From contig JAAILG010000582.1 in assembly GCA_012026655.1 (NCBI GenBank), positions 1 to 64,000 of the forward strand: a DNA stretch of 64,000 bases, given 5' to 3'. Of the stretch, positions 1 to 10,991 are shown piece by piece. Source of the DNA: Hydrolagus affinis (lineage: Eukaryota). The notes under the pieces are model-generated. The model saw only the letters and a program-made list of their open reading frames with translations. It searched no databases and had not been told where the DNA came from. Position 1 is the stretch's first letter, and every line of letters begins with the position of its first letter. The position numbers were made by a program, and so were the translations under genes.

Positions 1-168
1 TCCAGAAGAAGCCTTCCAGGGGTGCATTGAAGCGTGGAAGAAGAGGATGGACAAGTGTGTGAGACTGGACGGAAACTATTTTGAAGGGGACAAGCTGTGA
101 TTTCATGATATTTTTGGGAATAAAATTTCTGTGATGTCAGTCCCGTTACTTTTTAGACGGACCTCGTA
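1..168 (+). mobile_element. Right end of a mariner (Tc1/mariner) transposon: transposase C-terminus plus 3' TIR and TA
   Basis: 2-100 reads PEEAFQGCIEAWKKRMDKCVRLDGNYFEGDKL*, matching the mariner W..R..KC....G.YFE C-terminal motif. The end GTCCCGTTACTTTTTAGACGGACCTCG-TA (to 168) is a mariner-type TIR followed by TA and a (TA)n tract. Confidence 0.85.
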
Positions 169-383
169 TATATATATACAAATAGATTCATTCTATCTCT
201 ATATCTACAGATAAATTAATTATATATCTCTATATGTATACAGATAGATTCATTATATATCTCTAAATACACAGATAGATTCTATATATATATATATAAA
301 CATACACTGATAGACTATCTATCTATCTATCTATCTGGCTACAATTTATGCCATTGGTTGGATCCAAGTCTAGGCAATTGTCC

Positions 384-397
384 CCGCAAGGCGGCGC
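384..397 (+). promoter_or_regulatory. CTCF-like motif upstream of the promoter region
   Basis: CCGCAAGGCGGCGC is close to the CTCF core CC(A/G)(C/G)(C/T)AG(A/G)(G/T)GGC(A/G)(C/G). This is a motif match only. Confidence 0.3.
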
Positions 398-599
398 TGT
401 GGCTTCTCCTGCTGCTGCTGCAGACCAGAGACAGAGAGATGGTTTGGGGGGGTGGGGGGTGAGAAACTCAGTTTCATTCACATCACTTGGTGTGTAAAAC
501 GTACGCATTTCTACCCCCTGTACAGCAGCCTCTCGCACAGTCTCCCAGTCTCCCTCCCCCAAAGTATTGGAGGTAGCTACCTATCTACATAGGAAGGTA

Positions 600-1384
600 C
601 TTATTCACTCTCTCTCTCTCTATCTCTCTCTCAATTTCTCACTCACTCACTCAATCTCTCACTCACTCAATCTCTCACTCACTCACACACACACACACAC
701 ACAGAGGCTGTACACAGCAAGTGCTGGGAAACTGAACCGAATCCATGGCATTTCATGGGCTCTCTCGCCTGCTGGGGTTGTCTGTCTGCTCAGCTCAGTA
801 ACGCCGAGGAGTGGGCAGTGAGTGGGCTATGCACATTTCGTTGACTGCATTTCCAAGAGGAGAAAGAGAGAGAGAGAGAGAGGAGGGAGGGAGACAGACA
901 GAGAGAGAGAGAGATTGGACAACCCATTGCATTTTTTTTTCTCTCTCTCGTTTCGTCGCTGCAATTTATCAATCTCACCATGAAGTGAATGAGTGAGAGA
1001 GAGAGAGAGAGAGAAAAAGAACATTTTTAATATAACCACACACACACACACAGAGAGAGAGAGAACGGAAAGACACTTCTGAAAACATCGACAAAACGAG
1101 ACAAGCGACGAATCGACTGACAGAACAACTGGACAACACAACCAGCGATTGGGATTCTTATTCTTGTTCTTTCTATTTGGTGGCAGTTTAAGGCATCTTA
1201 TCTCTCTATCTCTATCTCTCTCAGAGCATCGCAGAGGAGAGAGGGAGAGAGAGAGAGGGGGGTTGTGATTCGGAAGCAATTGAGGAAGGAGCCCATTTGG
1301 TGTTGGACTGTGTTGAACTAGTCACACGCATACACACAGAGAGAGAAACCAACTGACCGGGTGTCAACTGATTGCTTAGTTGAC

Positions 1385-1426
<42 letters not shown>

Positions 1427-1989
1427 ATCAGCAAACAGGAAACCCACCCTATCGATTCCCAAAACTCTCGATCAATGCAACTGCTCAAGATCATCGCCCG
1501 TCGACAGGATCTTTAGTGACACCGACCACAGTTACTGACCACTTCAGGAGATCCATCCATCCATCGCCTCCCCCCCCCCCCCCCACCCCCTCACCCCCCC
1601 TCCACCACCCCCTCACTCCCCCTCCACCATCACCCTGCAACGAGGAGATGAACTGATGTGATTTCCAAGGTGAGGTGGGGAGTGGAGGGAAGGAAGGAAA
1701 GGTGGGAGGAAGGAAGGAAGGAAGGAAGGAAGAGCTGGAAAATAGCTGAGACAAATCGATGGGATGAGACGCAGCATCGTTGAGCTGAGAGGCTTTCCGA
1801 CCCGTGGAATAACCGAGCCCCGCTGAGCTGGTGTCGGTCAGACACTGAGAATGTTTACCCAACAACAAAACACCTTCATCTTCATCACCGTCAACTAACT
1901 GCCGATCCCGGGAGCTGGACACACACACACAGACATTCACAGATGTTAGCCCTGGCCTCGCCTCCGCACTTGAAATTCCTTGGAAACTG
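600..1989 (+). promoter_or_regulatory. IL1RAPL2: Probable promoter and non-coding exon 1 (5' UTR) of the IL1RAPL2-like gene; TSS not determinable
   Basis: CpG-enriched relative to the window, with (GA)n/(CA)n/(GATT)n tracts. It ends at a good donor CTG|GTAAGA (GT at 1990); an alternative donor AAG|GTGAGG lies at 1670. IL1RAPL genes are known to have a non-coding exon 1. Confidence 0.55.
1385..1427. repeat. (GATT)n microsatellite
   Basis: About 10 near-perfect GATT units. Confidence 0.9.
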
Positions 1990-2039
1990 GTAAGATGTCC
2001 ACGTGTTTCATTCGCCTTCCATTAAACACGTTAAACCAG

Positions 2040-2447
2040 TGAGCGAGTGACTGACTGAGTGACTGTGAATGAGTGTGAATGGGTGAGGTAGGGACCGACT
2101 GAGTTAGGGACTGTCTGAGTGAGTGGGTGGGTGGGTAGGGACTGTCTGAGTGGGTGGGTGGGTGGGTAGGGACTGTCTGAGTGAGTGGGTGGGTGGGTAG
2201 GGACTGACTGACTTGAGTGGGTAGGGACTGACTGAGTAAGGGACTGATAGAGTGAGTGGGTGAGGTAGGGACTGAGTGGGTGAGCAGGGAGACTGAGTGA
2301 GTGAGGTAGGGACTGAATGGCGTAGAGTGAGATAGGGACTGGGTGAGATAGAGACTGAATGGGGTAGGTACTGAGTGAGTGAGTGAGGTAGGGACTGAAC
2401 CGACTGAGTAAGTGAGATAGGGACTGACTGAGTGAGTGAGTGAGTGA
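2040..2447 (+). repeat. G-rich degenerate minisatellite (GTAGGGACTG / GAGT / GGGT units) at the start of intron 1
   Basis: More than a dozen AGGGACTG-type units interleaved with (GAGT)n and (GGGT)n. Confidence 0.85.
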
Positions 2448-4184
2448 GGAAGGAAGCTTGATATTTAGACGACTGTTAAGAGAAAGGAAGGAAGGGTATA
2501 AATCTCCAGTGTGTATTTGTGTGTTTGTATAGTCACTGCTACTCGTGTTTGACCAGAGGTGTTAGTTTTATGGAAATGATATAAACTATCGGTACCCCTA
2601 TCCTGTGTGTGTGTGATTAAATACATTGATTTCCATGTTGCATTCATGTTATCATCAGAACCATCCAGTTTCTAAGCAGAACAGCTTGAGGTCTGTGCAA
2701 GTCAGACTGAGTTCAGTCCACGCACAAACAAGTGGGACACTGTTATAGGCAGAGAAGGGGAGAGAGAGGAGTGGGGGGGGGGGGGGGGGGGGGAGGTGGG
2801 GAGAGAGTGGAGGCTGAAATGGCTGGTTTGGAGAGTGCAGGCGGTCAGTTCAGGTGGGAAAGCGTTGAACAGATGAAATAAATTCGACGACGTGGATGTG
2901 CATTTGGCTTGTGACAGGTAGAGAGCAATAGTGTTCGGGAAACAGCACCTCGGGAGACCTGAATGCCGTTCCCTGGTCTCTACGTTATGATTTATATATG
3001 TTATGATTTACATTATGATTTGTACAAAACAAAACACACTGACCTTAAAACCTGGCACTTTTATTATTTTTTATATAATGGTTTCTCCCACCCACCCCTC
3101 TATCCATCCAATATTATGTGTGTGTTTTTTTGTGTGTTTTTAAAAATATATATATATATATATGATTGCGTTAAAACCACGAGTTACCAAAACAACACCA
3201 CCACAGCTTCCACACTCAACCGTGGAAATGCTTCAGCAGCCGGTTAGCAAAGCGTGTCTTGCTCCCCCATTGATGGATGTAACCCAGTAACTTTGCAGAT
3301 CAGTCTGGTGTGGAGCTCCTATCGACTTGAGTAGACTTTCGCTGTCACTTTCAGCACCATGACCCATCTGTAATTCAAAAATGGGAGGAAGGGGGGGTGA
3401 GAATATAGAAACAACAGACTGGCAGAGCCTTAAACAAGTAATTAACACAACAGGGGGTGGGGCAATTTCTACTTATTACTTGTTGCCAACGTTTGGATTG
3501 TGTGTGTGTGTGTGTTTTGGTATAATTCTCTATCTCGGTTTTGCTTGTGAATGTGAATTCAGTATTTTGAGGAGGGAGGTTGGGGCTGGTGGGGGGGTGG
3601 TTGGAAGGTTACTGGTGTTGGGAGGAAATGAAGCTACGAGAGGAAATAACGCATTAGTTAAGAGATTACGGGAGGAAATGACTCAGGAAGATAAGATCAT
3701 TCGAGTGTCTGGAGGTGTTTCAAGCCTTGAGCTGTTTAACCTTGTTACCAAGTATTTAAGTACTGCACTGGGCTGTATTTTGCATCCATTTGATGTGTGT
3801 CGATAATGTCACCCTGTAGATGTATTGACACATATCCCTCCCACACCCTCTCTCTCTCTCTCTAGATACTATATATATATATATACACACACACATATAA
3901 AGTACAGTATGCAAATATTGAGCGATACTTGATTATTTTGTGATGATTAAATTGCCGGATTCTGCAGTCAATAATGCTACATTTTATTAGGATTTAAACG
4001 ATAGATTTCAGAGTCTACTCATTCTGGTGAGTGGAAGGATGGATCTTCTCGATCCAACTATGCTCTCTCCTCCCCCCCACCCCACCACCCTCTCTCTCTA
4101 TATATATATAGATAGATAGATCTCGGTATATTGATCTTAAAATGACAGGACCATCACATTACAAAACCTCACCTTCATCTGCTC

Positions 4185-4330
4185 GAGACAAAAGGAGGCC
4201 ATTCAGCCCATCGAGTCTGTGCCAGCTCTTTAAAAGGAGCAATTTAATCCCACTCCCCATAACCTCGCAAACCTGTCCTCCCCAAATAAATGTCCACCTC
4301 TCTTTTTCTATGTTGGGTGTGAATTCAATT
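4185..4330 (-). mobile_element. CR1-type LINE 3' end fragment
   Basis: GGAGGCCATTCAGCCCATCGAGTCTGTGCCAGCTCT is the reverse complement of a typical CR1 3' UTR. Similar to 41887-42027. Confidence 0.6.
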
Positions 4331-4635
4331 CCGGGGTTTAGAGTGCGGAAAGGATGTACTCTAGTGTTTCTCTCTGTCTCTCTCTGCGAGATTGCTGGCC
4401 TCCAGTAGAGCTGATAGAGTGGAGATTTGCACAGTCTAACCAGGAGACTTTTTTCCATCCAGCTTTGAATCATTGAGTTGCAGCTAATTGGTTTGTTTAT
4501 TTCTTTCTTTCTTTCTCTCTTTTTTCTTTCTCTCTTTCTTTCGTTCTTTCTTCCTTACGATGGCCAATATTAATTCACGTTAGTCAGACTGCGATGTGGG
4601 CTTAATGATTGATTTATTTTAAAAAAAAAGCATTC

Positions 4636-5056
4636 TAATAGTAATCTTTGCATTTGAAATAGCGCTTTTTACAATAGCGCTCTAGACATCTCAAAGCACT
4701 TCACAGAATATACTGTAATGTGAATTGACTGTCTGTATATATGCACGAAACGCGGCAGCCAATCATGCACAGCAGTGTCCCACAAACAGTCGTGGAATGA
4801 AATGACCAATTTGTTTTTGAGCAATTATTATTAGGCGTGTGGAGTAAGGAAACTTGCCCAAGGTTTCACCCTGCCTGGAATTCAACCCAGGACTCTCACT
4901 TGTAAGATGCGTGCTATTACCACTGAGCTACAGGACTCCACAAGTAATCAGGCATGTGGAGTAAGGAAACTTGCCCAAGGTTTTGCCCTGCTGGGAATAA
5001 AACCCAGTTCTCTCGCTTTTAAGGAAAATGTTCTAACCTCTGAGCTACAGGACTCC
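4636..5056 (-). mobile_element. tRNA-head/Deu SINE with a tandemly duplicated head
   Basis: Full copy at 4636-4940 ((ATT)n tail, Deu-like core, A/B boxes), then a second head segment at 4943-5056. Confidence 0.9.
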
Positions 5057-6319
5057 GATGTATATATTTTTTAAAAGGCCTGACATCTGCAGCTGGTTAA
5101 ATTTCTCCTCCGAGATGCAGCCTTCAGTTAGGAGAGAGAACTTTCTCTATCTCTCTATCTCTATCTTGAGCGCTCACTCCCTTGGGAATCAATCAGCGAT
5201 TCGCTTTCTAATATCAGCTTTCTCTTTTCTAACCATAATAACCACTTGTATGGTTACAAAGCAATTGTAACCATCGTTTTAATCCATTCCCACATGTACT
5301 GGGATAATTATTACTGGCCATTGTACCAATGCATACTTAATATTGCTCTAAAGACTTAAGTGTAACGCACCGGTGTGTCTAGCAGCCTATGAATTGTGAA
5401 TTGCAATTTAAGAAATGAAATGGTGGTGGGGGTGGGTGGGAGAGGGAATCACTCTATCTCAGTGAATAGTGAATAATAAGGAGGCTCTTAACTCCCATGT
5501 GTGTCTCACATGCAAATCCACTCGTGGATACTTTTTCTAAACCAATACATTCTCCAAAGCTACTCGGGCATCTGTTGAGTGAATGGCTTGTATTTGGAAA
5601 CGGTAACACTGTCTCATTCCCCCCCACTACCACCAACCCCTTTGGGTGAAGGAAACCTGATGAAGGTGATGAACTCAGAGGTTCTTTTCATTCCACCTGA
5701 TTGATTTCTCCCTCTGGATTCTCAAACTGTACATTATTGATCGCCTCATTCTGCCATTGATTTCTTCTCACCCGCCCTTTAAAGCAGCGTTTAGCAAATG
5801 GGCAAGAGACCAGTATGCTTTCCTTACCTGAATAATGTACTGAGTTAGTAAAAAAAAACTAAGATGGATTTAGGATCTCCTGAATTTGAGTCCTCAACCC
5901 ACACATCTGACCCTGATGAGGACCTGGTGTCTTGAGGAGCTGATCATCTCTTTAGTTGTGTTTGATACACAACACACCGCTCCGCTTTTTACCCATATCA
6001 GCATTTGGCCGATTGCACATTCATGGCACCATGAATGTCCCCTGGTTCATCCTAAAGGAGCGAAACTCCCAACCGTCTCTCTTCTGTCACTCTAGGGCCA
6101 AGCTGCATCCTTAATGTGGGGAGAAATGGGGCCAACAAATGAGCAGATTTAACCTATCAAGTGGGTAGTTTAATATTTAATATATCATTTCAGCCACCTG
6201 TTTGGGATTCCTCTTAAGTTAGGTGATAGTAGTAATAACACGTGGTAACTAAATGTGTCACGTTGTCTCCTGCAAGTTTAGGAGACTTGCACTACACTGC
6301 CTACTTTGACCTACTTTTT

Positions 6320-6531
6320 ACAAAACACAAATACTACAGATGCTGGGAATCTGAAACAAAAACAGAAGTTGCTGGGGAAACTCAGCAGGTCAGGCAGCAT
6401 CCATGGAGGAAGGAAAAGGAGTCAACGTTTTGGATCTGACGAAGGGTTGTAGACCCGAAACATTGACTCCTTTTCCTTTCTCCATGGATGCTGCCTGACC
6501 TGCTGAGTTTCCCCAGCAACTTCTGTCGTTG
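6320..6531. mobile_element. Penelope-like pLTR-derived palindromic insertion with a hammerhead core
   Basis: Perfect 64-bp inverted arms (6362-6425 / 6463-6526). The loop contains CTGACGA...GAAAC. It is flanked by the 15-bp direct repeat TTTGACCTACTTTTT (6305-6319, 6532-6546). The arms match the Penelope 3' end at 16096-16171. Confidence 0.85.
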
Positions 6532-6869
6532 TTTGACCTACTTTTTGTGTCTTTGCCATTTTAGTTTCTTAGAGAAACGTTCTTCGTGACAGCTTTGTTA
6601 ATCAGAGTATTACACAGACAGCAACAAAGAATGATTATAGACTCATCAACCAACTGCATTGTTGTTTTTGACTAACTGCCACACCTAATAGTGCCGTATT
6701 TCTTAACAGGGTTTGTTTAATAAAGGATCCAGTCAGAAAAAGCAGTGGTTTTCTTTAGAAATCACTGCATATTCTGACTGGCTTGCAAGGGTTTACACAT
6801 GAGTATAAATGCTATACCTTGTGTTTAATACCTTGATATTCTGTGTGCATGTGGAGGAGGGATGGGAGG

Positions 6870-6997
6870 CAGAAAAGTCAATTGGGACATTTTGAAAGAG
6901 AAATAAATTTGATAGGCACATGTGGAGGAGGGTTTTGGAGAATAGATACTCATACAGTGGGCTTTAATGGCCTACTTTTGTCAATTTCTATGGTTAT
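6870..6997 (+). mobile_element. Degraded CR1 3' end
   Basis: ...GGGCTTTAATGGCCTACTTTTGTCAATTTCTATGGTTAT resembles a CR1 terminus. Confidence 0.4.
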
Positions 6998-7583
6998 ATC
7001 TTGGAAAAACAGTTTCTATACATTATTCAGTGGTAAGTACAGTATTGTCATCACAGTTGGATGGTTATTAATGATAAATTGGTACTTTTTTGATGCAAAA
7101 CACTAAGCTTTAGTGAGCAATGGTGACTCATAAATTTGGATCTCTTTAATTCATGCCCACTTTTGCCACATAGAACTATTATTTCTCAAAATAAAGCTGC
7201 ATTTGATTTATATTACACTAAATAATTTCCTTCGCTTGGAAACTATTAGTTTTATTTCTGAGATTTTGCAGCATTATTTCTGCGTGTCCAATTAACAATT
7301 AGTATTTTCTTTCGGTCTCAATTGCCTTTTCGTATCCCCATCGTGGGGAACAAATGAGCTAAAGCAGTTGTGCAAGTAGCTTGCTGTTTTAAATTGCACA
7401 ATCTCTCCTAAAACACAGAATAGTATTGTTGTCTTACGAGCAGCAAAGGTATCTTTCACTGTAAATAAATGAAAAGCACTTGTGGTTTAAAATCATTAGG
7501 TTGTGCTGAGCTTTCCATTTCTTATACCAAGCATTTTCTCTTCTTTGGGAAGACCAATCATGTTTTCGTATATTCAGCCACAG

Positions 7584-7935
7584 TGGAGCTCCTGTGGCTT
7601 AGTGGTTAGAGCACTTGTCTTGCAAGCTGGGGAGACCAAGCTGGGGAGACCTGTGTTCGAATCCAGGCAGGTCAGGGCGAAACCTTAGTTTCCTTCAGGG
7701 CGAAGCAAGTTTCCTTACTCCGCACGCCTAATAATAATCCGTCCAAAAAACCCACAATAATAAAATTGATCATTTCAATCCACGACTGTTTGTGGGACAC
7801 TGCTGTGTGCAATTGGCTGCCGCCATTCGCCCACAAATATACAATCAATTCACTTTACAGTATATTCTGTGAAGCGCTTTGGGACGTCGATAAGATGTGA
7901 AAAGCGCTATATCAAATGCAAGGATTATTATTAAT
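7584..7935 (+). mobile_element. tRNA-head/Deu SINE (subfamily with AAGCTGGGGAGACC duplication)
   Basis: A box TGGCTTAGTGG, B box GTTCGAATCC, core GGGACACTGCTGTGTGCAATTGGCTGCC, tail GCAAGG(ATT)n. Confidence 0.92.
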
Positions 7936-8333
7936 ACACTGTAAATTTCCACTTGTGTTCATCGTTTTTAAAAGCTGCAATCCCAAAACATTACGATTTT
8001 TTTTCCCCCTGTACTTGCATTGCCTCCAAGAGATGTCTCTTAGCAGCATCTGCGGAGCAAGCTTTCCCTGAACCAGATAATGCCTGAGAGGAAGTGAAAA
8101 GTTCCTCTCTGGGAAAAGGCCACAGAGTCCAAGACTACATCTGTAGCCATATCTGTAGTCACTTGTCAGTTTTCAGCAGGGTTTTTATAATTTATAATGA
8201 CAAATTTCCAGCCTCTCCAGAACAATTTGACTTCCGTCCCAATTGTGTTACCTTACATTCAGGTAAGGCACGTGTGCCAATTTGTGTTATCAAGATTGCC
8301 TGCGGTACGGGATGGGGGTGGTGTTTGCAGCTT

Positions 8334-8395
8334 CTGTAGCACTCTGAGACACTGTCCAGCGTGCAGGGCGCTTTATAAATCCGAATTGTTGTTGT
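8334..8395 (+). mobile_element. 62-nt L2-type 3' stem-loop plus (TTG)n tail insertion
   Basis: Ungapped 52/62 match to 14339-14400. Flanked by TGCAGCTT / CACAGCTT. Confidence 0.65.
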
Positions 8396-8424
8396 CACAG
8401 CTTGAGAACGTTTTCTGAGAGAAA

Positions 8425-8600
8425 TGTTTTTCCCTTCTCAAGTAGTATTGTGGGACATTTAACATCCACCCGAATGGGTAGGTAGGGCTTCCGATTAATA
8501 TCGCATCCAAAAGATGACACCTCTGAGGATGAAGCGTGGCCCGAGAGCGACAGTAGAGACTTAAGAGCCGAATACCTAACATGGTATTTGAACCCACAAG
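8425..8600 (-). mobile_element. Old DeuSINE (SacSINE1-like) fragment
   Basis: GGGACATTTAACATCCACC...CATCCAAAAGATGACACCTC...TTGAACCCAC resembles the reverse of the Deu domain and B box. Confidence 0.5.
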
Positions 8601-9690
8601 CTCCAGTAGGAATAAATAGATAATTAATATGTTAGTCCATTTTTATTCATAGACTTGTGTAGTTTGATGTGGTACCATCTGGAAATGAATGGAGTATGAC
8701 TTGAATTTGTGGCCATTCCCAAACTACGTACTGTACATTCCAATGATTGTTTAAGGTATTTGAGTACGGTTTATAGCTTAGACTTTTCCATTTCCTTTGG
8801 CAGTTCCAACAGCATATATTTGGGTATTAATGGTTTATTATATTCTACAGAGTATTATTGTTGAAAAAAATGAATACAGTATGTAGCATGATCAGAAAAC
8901 CCATTAATATTTCAATGGATTTTATTTTCTATACCCTTTAGGATTCAATTTACCTAGAGTTAAGACTGTATATTGATGCGGATTATTAAAGAAAGAAAGA
9001 TATAAACAAAATGTTTTAGTAAGTCAAACAAATCTTTGCTGAGGTGTTGTTTTTTTTTAAGAATTAATTTCCAATAGTGTTTTTAAGCAGTTTTTGAATT
9101 CCCTATAATTTTTTGAAGGTCTGAAGGGGCAACACTGAGTTACAAAGCTGTGTTTTCATCTCAAGGTTGGAATTGATTGATAAAGTGAAGGTTTTCTCTC
9201 AATGATGGTAGTTAGGATAGTAGCTGAGTTTGAGTTTTATCTAGTTGCCAGTCCATAGGGGGTAGCTCAAGTAACTAATGAATGCAATAATCAGAATCTC
9301 TAAGTTAAATTCAGATGGTTTCATTATTTAATATGAGGTCTTACTGCATTATAGATCAGCTTTGAAGACTAATTTTTATACACTGAATTACATAGAACAT
9401 TACAGTACAGAATCAGGCTATTAGTTCCATTTAGTCCATACTAGTGTTTATACTCTTCAAGCCTTCTCACACACCCCTTTCTATCTTTCTCCCTCTTGTA
9501 TGAAATGTATTAATCATCAAATAATAATTGAATGTAATTGCAATGTCTTTTTTTTTAAATGTTACATGATTCTAACGAGTGGTTAAGGTTTTACCCAGAA
9601 TTGTAAAACGCAAACATACATTAGTTTTAATCTATGACTGTTATATCAGGCACAATCACAAGAAATATTAATGATTTGATAATGGTGAAT

Positions 9691-9990
9691 TTAATAATAA
9701 TCCTTGCATTTGATACAGAGCTTTTCATGTCTTCTAGATGTCTCAAACTGCTTCACAGAACACACTGTAAAGTGAATTGATTGTGTATTTGTAGCCGAAA
9801 TGCGGCAGCCAATTGCGCACAGCAGTGTCCCACAAATACCCATGGAATGAAATGACCAATTTTTTTTGAAGGGATTATTATCAGGCATGTGGAGTAAGGA
9901 AACTTGCCCAAGGTTTCGCCCTGCCTGGAATCGAACCCGGGTCTCCCACTTGTAAGGCGAGTGCTCTAACCACTGAGCTGCAGGACTCCA
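9691..9990 (-). mobile_element. tRNA-head/Deu SINE, full length
   Basis: The reverse strand reads TGGAGTCCTGCAGCTCAGTGGTTAGAGCACTCGCCTTACAAG...GGTTCGATTCCAGG...GCAAGG(ATT)n. Confidence 0.93.
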
Positions 9991-10909
9991 CAATTTGTAA
10001 TGCAATTCAGATGCTCTTGTTTCAAAACTGCCAGTAGTAGAAAGGGAAAAGGGCAGTCAAAAGTGTTTGGAGGAAGCCAATTGAGAAATGTTCTCATCTT
10101 TGAGTTGTAAACACCATATTCTCTTAATCACCAGAAGGATATCCTGATGATCTAAATATTGCCAATTTCCATGTTGCCAGTGATTGGTGACAGATTCGAG
10201 GGATGGACATTCGTTGCAAATTGCTTTCAAGAATTTAAGGGATGCGGTTTAAGCAGCTGCAGGATTAAAAATGTCACATTTCATTTGTGGGTGGGCATTT
10301 TCCTTGCTACATTCACTTGCTTTTAAAAAATAACCTGGAAAGAAAGGTTGATGCAAAACCAACTGTGACCACTGAATGATTCTCCTTGATGGCTGCAAAG
10401 CTTGGCAAGTTGCCATCTGGAAGAATTTGTGATTGCAAATATGGTTTCCACCACAAGCAAAATAACTGAAAATGTCTTCATATTTCATCAAATGGTCACG
10501 AACCGACTTCCGAGAGTACTGCTTTTTTGTGTGTAATTTAATTTCGAAAACAATAACGCTGAAAAGAACACAGGTGCCGTATGGAATTTCAATAAAGTAA
10601 CTGAAGGAAGGAATTAATTGCAATTGTGGCTGCCTTGTTTATTGTAATAATGCTTTTATTTGTTATTAGCTGAATAATAAAATAATGTTCTAATGCAGTT
10701 TGGATGTTTGTACACGTATACACATTGAGATGCTGCACTGTAAACTAAGTGAAATGTTAAAACTCATAATTGTTTTTCATGCTAAATTAATATGTGCTAA
10801 ATCTGGGGCGGTGAGAAAAAATTCAAGGAAATTTTTCAAAATCCAATAATAATGAATTGTGTAACATTACAATTTTTTTTTCTATTTTAGCTGCTGAACA
10901 AACCAAAAC

Positions 10910-10991
10910 ATGAGAGTTCAGATTCCTTTGGTGGTTCTCATCTATTCTTCAATCAGTGGGAGTTTGAAGACGTTTTCAAAGCGAAATTCAG
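10910..10991 (+). CDS. IL1RAPL2: First coding exon (exon 2, 10891-10991) of interleukin-1 receptor accessory protein-like 2; signal peptide
   Basis: Acceptor TTTTTTTTTCTATTTTAG| at 10890, 19-nt UTR, ATG at 10910, then 82 coding nt (MRVQIPLVVLIYSSISGSLKTFSKRNS+G) and phase-1 donor CAG|GTAGGC. It aligns with human IL1RAPL2 MKPPFLLALVVCSVVSTNLKMVSKRNS(V) and the paralog IL1RAPL1 [27 protein letters not shown](A). SKRNS and the 82-nt phase-1 structure as I recall it favour IL1RAPL2. Confidence 0.85.

Noticed and set aside
323-4473. ORFs of 60-150 aa in the promoter and intron-1 region
   Set aside because: They are low-complexity translations of microsatellites, G/C runs and a CR1 end, with no recognisable domains.
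5913-5940. CTGATGAG-GAC...GTC hammerhead-like motif
   Set aside because: There is no GAAA after stem II, so the core is incomplete.
9915-9990. tRNA-Val(TAC)-like cloverleaf (also other SINE heads)
   Set aside because: It is continuous with SINE core and tail and has imperfect T and acceptor stems. It is a SINE head, not a tRNA gene.
10910-10991. Assignment to IL1RAPL1 instead of IL1RAPL2
   Set aside because: Some residues (IP, LIY, SLK) resemble IL1RAPL1, but SKRNS and the 19-nt UTR portion fit IL1RAPL2 better as I recall it. Synteny or downstream exons are needed to settle this.
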